A DNA stretch of 64,000 bases, taken from Gnetum montanum (Eukaryota; Plantae; Gnetophyta). This document shows, piece by piece, positions 37,051-47,649 of the stretch (position 1 is the stretch's first letter; the number at the start of each line of letters is the position of its first letter). The notes beneath the pieces are model-generated. The model did no database searches. It was not told where the DNA came from and saw only the letters and a list, made by a program, of their open reading frames with translations. A program made the translations under genes and the position numbers. The DNA lies in NCBI GenBank assembly GCA_015680685.1, contig MNCI01002686.1:1-64000 (forward strand). Reading direction: 5' to 3'.

Positions 37051-39354
37051 ATCATAGCTCATACTTAAATAAAATCCCATTCAATCTTCTATATTTCCTT
37101 TTTGGACAATACTTGTGGGGGAGTTTTGGCCTTGTAAGTTCTTTTATTTTGCATCTTTTTTTTTTTACTTTCCTAATTCTTTTACATCTTTCTGATTCTT
37201 AGTATCTTCTTAATTCTTTAATATCTTTCATATTATTTAATCTTTTTACAATTCTTATCATTTTTATATTTCTTGATATTTTATAATTCTTCATACATTT
37301 TCGTATTCTTTCATATCTTTGACCTTTTATAAAGTTTTTCATTCTTCAAGTACATATTTTTATTGGTTTTTCTAATAAAAATATTAGTAATAAGCAAGAT
37401 GTACTTTAAATAGCAAGAATTTTTCCCTCTGTTATCAAATCATTAGAAGACTAATTGTATATATATTCTTCTAATTATTCTAAAATTCCATGTTGGATTG
37501 AATTAGAAAATATTCCTCTTATTTTTCAAAGTGTTAAAAGTGAAATTTTTGGCAACATTGGCATAATCTTGAAAATAGAGTCAAAAACATTATTAGATGA
37601 TATTCAAGGTACATGTTATTTTGTAGAGATTGATTTATGATAGAAGAAGATAAAATCAAAACTCAAGGTCAATAATCAGTGTTTTTCCTAAAAATATATA
37701 TATTATAATTTATGAGGATGTTGTAGCTATTAGCATCATAAAGGTCATGTTATTAAAATCTGTACTATTCTCAATAAAATGATTTTTCATGAAAAAAGAA
37801 GAAATAACAATTTTGAAAAAAAGATAAATAATGGAAGTTTTTACTAGGTACAAATGAAAACTTCAACAAGTTGTAAACCTTTTATTGATCCTTTTAATTC
37901 TAAAGATGCTAATAAACTCTTAATTTCTAAAAAGAATTCCTCTTTAGAAAAAAGGAAATTTTCAATGGGAATTAGAAATGAAAATACTAATGTAGATAAA
38001 TTTCACTTAGTGCAACATAAAAAGAAAAGATCTGTAAATACTGCTTTCAATTTAAAAATCCCAAAAGTGTTATATTCTTTTTCTACTTTTATTACTGTTC
38101 CAAATTTTTTTTATTAGATAATGTTTTTTCACTTATTAGTGACATGGATTATAAGACAAATGTTGAGCTTGAAAAATCAAGGATAGGGGCCTCCTTCCCC
38201 ACATCTCAATGTTAGTTTTATCATGGAATGTTCAAGGTCTTACTGATAGGTCCCAAGTAAAAATTGTGAGGGAGTATCTTGCAAATTAACATTTATCTTT
38301 AAATTTTTTTCTCACAAGCAATTAAAAATTTAGCTAATGATATTGGTTTTGTTGGTAAATGCATTTTAAAAAATTTCATTGGCTTTTTTACTACTGATGA
38401 AGTTAATAACAAAGGTATTGCTATTCTTGTTGATAAAAATTATATTAAAGAAGTTTTGAATTTTGGTTTTGATAACCTTGGAAGAGTTATTTGGATTATT
38501 TGTCATAGTGAAAAAGGTGACTTTGGATTTGATAATGTTTATGGTTCTATAATTTGAAAGATCAATGAAAGATTTGGAAATATCTTTTATCTCGACCTAA
38601 AGTTCCTTTGGTTATTGGAGGTGATTTTAATATGGTTAAAAGTAATTTAGATAAAATTGGTGGTCTTCTTTCTAATATGTCTTCTCAAAAAAAAAAAAAA
38701 AAAAGATTGGTGCAATTTCAAAGAAAAATATTTTCTTTCTGATGTTAGCTCTTTATTCCCATCTCATTCAAATGAGAAGCATTATAGTTATTGTAATTAT
38801 CAACAAGAAAATATTATAATTTATTGTCAACTTGATAGGTTTAACATCTCTAATGTTTTATTTTAGAAGCCTACAAGGAAAGTAGACATGCATAAAAATG
38901 CTACTTTGTCAGATCATTTTCCTATTAGTATTTTTCTCTGTGATATTAATTCTTCATCCTTTTAAAAGCATGAAATTTTTTGTATGAATGCTAATATATT
39001 CATAGAATTGAGTGGAAAAATATTTTGAAGTATCTATAGAATGTAGGAAAAAAGTCTATTGGTGATATTAGTTGGATTGATTAGTAGCAGTGAACTATTT
39101 ATAGAGTTAAAAATTATGCTAGATGATTGGGAAAGCAATTTACTAAGCATAAGCATCAAGTTAAAGAAGATCTTGCAAAATTTGGCAAGAAAATGTAATT
39201 TCTTTTAAATTAGAATCCCTTTTATTTTGAACTCAAAAAGCCTTGGCTAAACCTCATTGTGATAAACAATGTCAAGATACTTCTGAAGCTAAAAGTACTC
39301 TTACTTAAATTTGTATAGGTTGGGTAAAAACTAAAGATGAACCTTGTAAGGAAT

Positions 39355-42300
39355 TGGTGTAGGGATACCTCTTCTAATCCCCTTTGTTTCATTCCCACAT
39401 TTTTGTTTTATAGGTTTTAAGCTCTATGAAGACATCTTAGATACTAAGGAGAAGTCTCGGCCAGGAGTAAAGTCTTCACAAAAGATTTTTGGGAGGTTAA
39501 GAAGATGTCTTGGTTTGAGAGGAGACATCTTGTGTAGAGTGTTGACATACTAGGCATGACATCTTGAACCAAGAGGAGACATCTTGGCTAGGGATTAGAA
39601 ATCTTCCAAAAATAGTAAACATATTTTTCGAAGTTGTGTTTTCATGGGATATGAACTACCAAGGCTAAAGACAATCGGTACAGCTAGGAAACTCTGAAAT
39701 CACTCATCCAAATTTGGGAAATAGCCAAGGCAAGTTGGAAATAAATGGAAATAGCTAGGGAGATGGTGAGAAGACCATGGAAACGTCTAAAAAACCTTAA
39801 GTCAAGTTGAGGGAAGGTTTCTAGGTTTTTTGTCTCTTGCTATTTATAAATATTAATGTAATTCATAATTGTTATGGTAATGAAAAAAAGAGAGTTATGA
39901 GATGAGATTGAAAAATATGTGGAAGAGCACATTGAATGAGAAAATAGAGGTTATACCTCCATAGTTGATTGTGTAGACCTGTGTGTTCTAGTCTTGTTTA
40001 TCTATTAATATTTCATTCTTAGATTATGGGAGAATCTCTATATTGGTTTTGTCTTACATGGAGAAAAATCATTATATGGTTGTAGATCCTCATGCTCTGC
40101 AATATCATTTAAGTATGAAAGGTTTTGGTTGTTGTGGGTTTTGAGAACCCTTAATTGAAGATAGCTAGTTTTCCTATTTTCTAGTAAAAAGTCTTATCTT
40201 TACATAATATCTAGATTTAGTATTTGAAGGTGATTTATTTGTAGAGTAAACTTGCCTTAGCATTATTGGTATTGAAGCTCATTGTGTTGAGTATTATGTT
40301 GATTGTCACTTGGAAATGGATTGATGATTTTATCAACTTCAGATGTCATCCAAGAAGAAGTAGGTATAAGCATTAGATCAAGACATGAAGAGCATGAAGT
40401 CTACCTTTTAAATGATGGTTGCTTGGTTAAATGAAATCAACATAAAGGTAGACAAAAATGCTAGTCCTAGCCATATCTAGACACACAAAGGTAAATAGCA
40501 TGCATGTTTAGATGCAGAAGTTTCACAACCATGTGGAGATGGAGTAGATGATGAGGAAGAATAATCCAACTATGGAAGTGTAGGAACTCATTAGCCAAGG
40601 ATTCCAATGGGAAAGAATCCTATGTCAAAAATGAGAATTTCAAGGTCTCTAATGGTGGCCAATACTTCTTCTTGAGGTAAGCTTGACAAGAATGATGAGG
40701 AAAGGATTGTTAGAGCATTCAAAAATGCTGTAAGAATTCTATACATAAAGTTGAGGACTTTCAATAATGTGGAAGGTACCAATTCTTTTTCAAGTTGGTT
40801 GAAGATACTTGAGAAGCATTTTTAGTTGGAAGAGGTACTAAATAACTTTAGGGTACCTATTTCTGAATCTAGATTAGAAGGTATGACTTTTACTTGGTGG
40901 GAAAAGGAGTCCTAAGGATTATAAAAGATGCAATAGTCAATCCATCAAAGATTGGGATATGATGAAATACAAGTTGAAAAGAAAATTTAAATAGTCTCAT
41001 TAGATATAAGAAACCATTATGAAGTTAAAATTCCTAAGAAAAGACAATATGGATTTCAAGAAATTCTACATTGAAGTTTATGATCTATTTCATCAAGCCA
41101 AGGTAAATTGGGAAGAATATGAATAGGCTTCAATATTTTTAGGATCTCTCAAAATGATGTACTACTAGGAGTTATCTTTTTGTGAGCTAAAAACTCTTAA
41201 TGGGGCTTATGATTTGGGACTCAAGGCTAAGAACAGTTAAGTGGGTTTGGAAATAGGAGTAAACAAGTTTCCAAGGGAAAAGAGAAGGGATCCAAGTTCA
41301 AATTTGAAGACAAGGATGGCCATCATAATAAGAAGACTAAAAGAGGTGATGAGAAGAGCAAGGCCACGAAAGACCAAGGTAAGTGTTGGCACATTTTCAA
41401 CCATTACATGGAGCAGGAGTTTCAATTTACTTAAAGAGAATAAAAATAAAATAGGTGTTAAAATTCGGATGATTTTTACGGTGGTAAAACACATATTTTA
41501 TTTTTAACCTTACATTGGGCAAAGAATGTAATATTTCAGCATATTACATTCAACCAAACTTAGACTAGGTCAGTAGCGGTGGCGGACACGAGATATGCCT
41601 GGCCTGGCCATACAAATCTATCAAGGATGAACATTATTCAAGAATGGTGTTGGTCCTACTTTCACAAAAGCCAATGAACAGAGAAAATAGATTCTGTGGT
41701 AAGAAGAAACAGTATAGCATACTGCACTAAATGCTTTCAGAGACAGGGGGACATCTTGTGCTCTCAAAACAAAAAAACGTAGTATCAATATAGCAACAAA
41801 AACAAGTGATGCTTGCTGCTAAAATTTTGCCAAGAAAATGCCAGAAATAACTTCATATTCCTCTTCGAAATTTTGTCAAATACTTGCCGCGCAGGGTTTC
41901 TTTTTCTATTTTCACAGTGAGCCTAGTTTCTTGGCCAGAAGCTACAGTAAAATGAATGAAACAGGGCTAAAACGTAAGCGGTTACGATGCCTACACCTGT
42001 GCCTGCGATTCTGGACGGTTACATGCAAAAACAAAAAAAATAATAATACAAATGCGCCGGACTTGAACGTTGCCCACATATAGGAGCAGGACACCATCAC
42101 TGAGGGTTTACAATCTCAAGCCATTTCACCGCCAATATGGGTAAAATAGTAACTGCTGCCGAGTTGTGCGTAGAAGTTGTTCCAACTGCAATCGTGTTTG
42201 TGGGGGTTCAATGGACGACACACAACCATGGCGGATGCGAAAGACGTGGAGATGGCGGCAACAGAGCAGCGGCAGGGGTTTAGCGACATCAGCAATGAAC

Positions 42301-45300
42301 CAACAGCGGCGGCAATCGCGACCTTGGGCCAATCCAAGGCAGAGCAGTGGTAGCAAAACAGTGGACGGAGCAAGTTCGGTGGAGTGGAACAACACAAATC
42401 GTAGGAATAGGCTGCGTACAAGAGAAGCCATCGGGCAACGCGGTTAACTGCGTTGGAAAATTATTTACTTTTGAAACGTATTTGCCATTCCATAAAATTA
42501 ATTTTATATCTGATTATATTCCTTGTAAAAATGAAACGATTACGTTTCTAAAGCCTCAAAGATAAACATTGGATATAAATGCCGGATACCTACCTATTAA
42601 AGTTATTTTCAAAGACACAATTCTTGGGATATTTACACTTGTCAATTGCAGATTTTTTTTATCATAACTATCCAGAATTGTTGTAACTTACCTAACTTGT
42701 TGGGCAAGTACTCTCCTAATTGGTTGGCCAAGTTACTTGGGAGAAAAGTTAGGTAAGATATTTTTGAATATGTAACTTACCTAACTACCTTTGAACCCTA
42801 TAAAAAGGCTTCAGGGGTCATGGGGGGAAGAGATCATCACATTGGGACTTTTGGGAGGTCTCATACATCACACTTTGGAAGGCTACTAGTTAGCACTTGG
42901 GCTCTCACTTGGAGACAATTTGAGTCTTGGGGAGAAGAGCATTTTGTAAAGAAGAAGTTGTGACGATTGCTTGTAAGATGGCTTGCTAGAATAAAGATTT
43001 CAGCTTTTTGTCATGGTCCTGTGAGTTATGCATTTCATTTTTTGTTTTGTTTAAATTGTTTAGCTAGTGGTTTAGATAGTATCATCCTTGGCAAGTAATT
43101 TTGGGATTTTTAGATTGCTCTTACTGTTCTTGTTGCCCGATAGAAATTTCTATTAAAATTTTGCCATAGAAGCGCTTGTGTTTAAAAGCCTTAAGAGCAT
43201 TTTAGTAGTAAATTTCATTATTGTGCAACGTGTGGGTACTGCTATTGGGATTGTTGTAAGAGAGCCTCTGTTTGTAGTCACGCCGTTGAACAATTCAGTA
43301 GTCGAGAGGGTTCAGAAAATCTTTGGTATTTTGATGGGACCAGAATAGCTTCTTTTTATCTTTAAAGTGAATTCCCGTGGTATTTCAATCAGAAATTTTC
43401 AAGTCTTTTAAAGGTTCTATTTGAATGCAATCGTTGACATCTATTATCTAGTCAAAATGGAGTCTAGTACGTGGTAGTTTACGCAGCAATTTTTGGTAGC
43501 ATAGTAGGATTGTCTTGAAGATATTGCTTCTTTGAGCCTTGGAAGTTTGAACAATTCGTAGATATTGAATTTGGGATAGCTTTATCGCGAAGTGTTTACT
43601 CATGACATTTTACCTTGTTGAAATATTTGAGGTTTACAAAAATCTGCTTTCNTTACACGCAATGCAATCGTTACATTTCTCACAACCGCACGCCGCAACA
43701 GCACACACACATACTCACATTAACTACTAAGTTTATTTGGAGGTATCTGGGCCTTGGTGTTTCTAGAGACCAGCAGGTACCTAAATCCTGTTCGAGGACA
43801 CTCGTTGGTAGTTGCGTCCCAAACGGTCACCAACAGTAAGGGAGGCAAGGGTCAAGGAAGTAGCTCATCAACAATGTAGTGCTTTAAGTGTGGAGAATGG
43901 GGATACAAGCAATGGGAATGTTGACTTCACAAGGTAGCCAAAGGTAAGCATGTGTAAATCATGGAGATGGAAGAGACATGAAGCTAAGGTCTTCAAAGAG
44001 GTAATTCTAATGCTTCAAAAATTAATGATGTTTTTGAATTAAATTCTTGTGCATTCATGGGGAATGTGAATAAAGGAAATCACTGTAATAGAAAACTATT
44101 ATTTCAAATTGAAGCTAGATGTTTGCTTAGTGGGGAATGGATTCATGTTTTGATTAGTCAAGAAGCACAAGAAAATGCTATTTCTTCTAGGGAAGTTGCT
44201 AGATTGGTTTGGTAACAATCCTTATCCAAAATCCTATAAAGTGCATTCATTTTCTAGATATTTTTCCCAAGAGGTAAGGGAATAATATACTTTGAGATTT
44301 TAAATTAGAGATTTTCTTGATGCTATGAAATGTGATGTGCTTCCAATAGATTATGTTGACATAATTCTTGGTATACCTTAAAATTTTGATAATGTTGCTT
44401 AGTTTGATGAAGTAAAAAATGTGTGGAGTGTAGTTAGACCTGATGGAATCCATGAGTTGATTCTCATGATGGTTGAATAATTGAGGAAACAAAGCCTACA
44501 TAATGCTTTCTTAATCCTTCAAGAAGAGAGGGAATATATTAAGAAAAATGATGAAATAGGTTTTAATTTTTTTTTGATAAAAATTGCTACTAAATGTGAT
44601 GATGTGCAAGTTGAACTTCCTATAGGTGTGCTAGGCTTGAAGGAGAAATTTCCAAAGGTCTTCAAGGGAATATTGGATGGATTGTCATCAATAAGGAATA
44701 ATACTCATTCTTTGTGCAATTCTCTTCACCTTGTAGCAAGAGAAGGTAAGTCTTCTGGCCAAGGTATTTCAAAGAATGATGATCTTGATGAACAAACTAT
44801 TGATGATTCCTATAAAGAAGAGAAACATTGGAGTTGGAGACTCCTATGTAATATCGTGAAGCTTTAAGCTTTAATGTTATTGGATAGCCATATGTTGAAG
44901 ATGAAGTTGAACCAAATATTGATGGGAAAACCTATGAAAATTTGAGTAAGTATGAACTTCACATTATTGATGGTAGTAATATCTTTTATGTTGAAGCTAG
45001 TAGGATGGATGCTAGTTTTTCACCTTAGCTTGGTAGTTATTTATTCCATTATGATGATGAGCATCATGATCATTATGATGATTGTTATGAAGTTATGAGT
45101 TATATTATGCATGATGGAAGCAATGTAACTTTTGAAGCCATTATTGGTAAGAGCAAGATTAGTAATGATAATTTGTTTGATGATGATGGCTATTATAGTA
45201 GTCCTAATGAGAAGATTATTATTAATTTTGATGTGAACATTAATAATGATGAATTGGATTGCATTGGTAAAAGTCCATTTAAGGTGAACTATGAATTTTG

Positions 45301-46840
45301 TCCAAATATGATTAATACTTTGAAGAACTTTGATGGTGAAGCTCAACTTAGTACTGATTTTGTGCAAGAGATGAGGGATTTCCATGTACAAGTAAAATTA
45401 AATCTTGAGGAATGGGGATAAACAGAAGCCTATTTTTTTTGTAGATGACTTAGTTTGGATGTACTTGAAGAAGAAACGATTGAGAGGTATTAACTTCTCT
45501 AAGTTCAAAGCCAAGAAGATGGGACCTTTCAAAATCATGGCTAAGATTAACAATAATGCATTTGAGATTAATTTACAAAATGATGTTGATTTATCTTTTA
45601 TATTTAATATTTTAGATCTTCTGCGCTATCATAGACCAACTGATGGGGAGACCATACATGATAACATTAATGAGTTGAAAGGGGCTATTGATTAGTCCAA
45701 GCATTCAATTAAGAGGATGAGAATTGTACTCAAGCAAAGGGAAGCTTGTAGTACTCATGGAGTAAAGAGGCATGAGTACTCGATCCATTGGGAGGTTTAG
45801 CCCATAAATGATGTTGTATGAGTTTATGAGATGAAACTTCATAAATGGAAAATTAGTTCAACACCTACTCTCTTGTTCACATGAGTTTACTTTTTGAAGG
45901 ATGGGAGAGCTAGTGTAGGGACACATATTCCAATTTCCTTTATTCCTTTTCTACATTTATGTTTTATAGGTTTTGAGCTCTATGAAGATATCTTTAAGGT
46001 TAAGGAGATGTCTTGACTGACAGTGGAGTCTTCACAAAATACATCTAGGAGGTCAAGAAGATGTCTTGGTTTGAGAGAAGACATCTTGTGTAGAGTGTTG
46101 ATGCCTTAGGTAAGATGTCTAGTGCAAAGTATTGATGTCTTAGGAAATACATCTTGGACCAAGAGAAGATGTCTTGGCCAGGAATGAGACATCTCCCAAA
46201 AATAGTAAACATCTTTCCTAAAAGCCATGTTTTCATAGAAAAAACTAGGGAAACATCCAAAATATCCCATCCTAATTCAGAAAATCACTAGGGTAAGTTG
46301 GAAAAGGATGAAAATAGCTGGGGAGAAGGTGAGAAGATCATGGAAATATCTAAAGAACCTCAAGTTGAGTTAAGGAAAGGTTTCTAGGTTTCTTATCTTC
46401 TACTATCATAAATATTGAGGTAATTCATAATTGTTATTGTAATAAGAAAAAGAGAGTTGTCAGATGCAATTGGACAAGATGTAAGAAAGCACATTAAGTG
46501 AGTGCATAAAGGTTATAGCTTAGTTGATTTTGTAGACCTGTGTGTTCTAGTCTTACTTGTATGTTGATATCTCATTCCTAGGATATGGAGGAATCTCTCT
46601 ATTGGTTGTGTCTTACATTGAGGACAACCATTGTGTGGTTGTAGAGCCTCATGCTTTGTAGTATCTTTTGGATGTAAAAGATTTTTTTTATCTTGTGGGT
46701 TTTGAGAGCCCTATTATAATGTTCTAATCAATTAATTAAATATAGTTATATTTCTTATTTTCTAGCAAAATGTTTTATCTTTGCATAATATTTGGATTTA
46801 GTATCTAAAGGTTATTTATTTATGGAGTGAACTTTCTTTA
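39355..46840 (+). mobile_element. Chromovirus-type Ty3/gypsy element, internally deleted
   Basis: LTRs 39355-40265 and 45911-46840; PBS TGGTATTGAAGC (iMet-like); PPT GGATGGGAGAGC; TSD GGAAT/GGAGT. Gag with CFKCGEWGYKQWEC knuckle; integrase tail KMGPFKI..INNNAF..FNILDL; chromodomain remnant HEYSIHWEV*P. No RT/RH recognisable. Confidence 0.83.
41384..43835 (+). mobile_element. Giant (2.45 kb or more) solo LTR, copy 2, with a different mosaic U3
   Basis: TGTTGG...CCAACA termini; perfect TSD GTAAG (41379-41383, 43836-43840); TATA at ~42798; near-identical to copy 1 downstream of the TATA box; N at 43652. Confidence 0.88.
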
Positions 46841-47649
46841 GGAGTTTTTTTAATTTCTAAAAGAAAAGGATCAAGAACCTAAATTGGAATTATTTTATAT
46901 AAATGATTCCATAATTAAAGATCTTAAGACTATTAATAGTTTTTTGGCAAATCATTTTTCTTCTATTTTTCTTGTAAAGATTTTAGCAAGGAATCCTTCC
47001 AAGCCTCTAGTATGCATATTCCTCATCTTATGACAGAAGCACATCAAAGTATTCTTGAAGTAGAAAGTATTGTGGAAGAAATCAAGGCATTAGAATTTAT
47101 TTTAGTAGATGAAAAAGCTCCATATTTTGATGATTTTCTTATTGAATTTTTAAAGAAGCATTAGGACATCGTTGGAGATGATCTCTTTCATGTTTTTGAA
47201 GAAACCATTAGAAAATTTTTTCTTGGTAAAAATATTAATCAAGATGTAATTTGTATTCTTTCTATGGAGATCTTTAACATATTAGTAGTTGGAAGTTTAT
47301 TATTCTTCTTAACAATACTTATAACATTTTAGTTATGCATGACTTCTCAAATTTAGAAGACTATTGAATATATCATCAAACTTTAGAAGAATAATTTTGT
47401 TCAAGGTGAAAATATCTTAAATAATGTTATTATAGCTTGGGAGGGAATGGAATGGGCTTTTGATATTAACCAAGGTATTACTTTTATGAAGTTAGATAAT
47501 GCCAAAGCTTATGACAACATTGAATGAAATTTCATTATCTCTTATCTTGATAAATTAGGATTTGGTAATTATTTTATTTGACTTGTTCATAAACTATTTA
47601 TTGATGTTAATGATCAAGTTACTACTAACTAGCCACATTTATAACCCCT

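Larger units (their letters stand above)
25935..37390 (+). mobile_element. Old Athila-like element (5' LTR ~25935-26694, gag, PR, RT, RH, INT), interrupted by two solo LTRs; 3' end replaced by an L1
   Basis: LTR ends CTCATCA at 26694 with a degenerate PBS. Gag NNIPKFEGGYN at ~27829; protease ~30440-30730; RT SEWVSPLV (~34550) and FIDDF (~34903); RNase H ~35340; integrase ~35980-36900. Colinear with 55420-61700. Confidence 0.85.

Noticed and set aside
43640-43660. Apparent ~250-bp deletion in giant LTR copy 2 relative to copy 1
   Set aside because: Coincides with an N at 43652, so probably an unsized gap.
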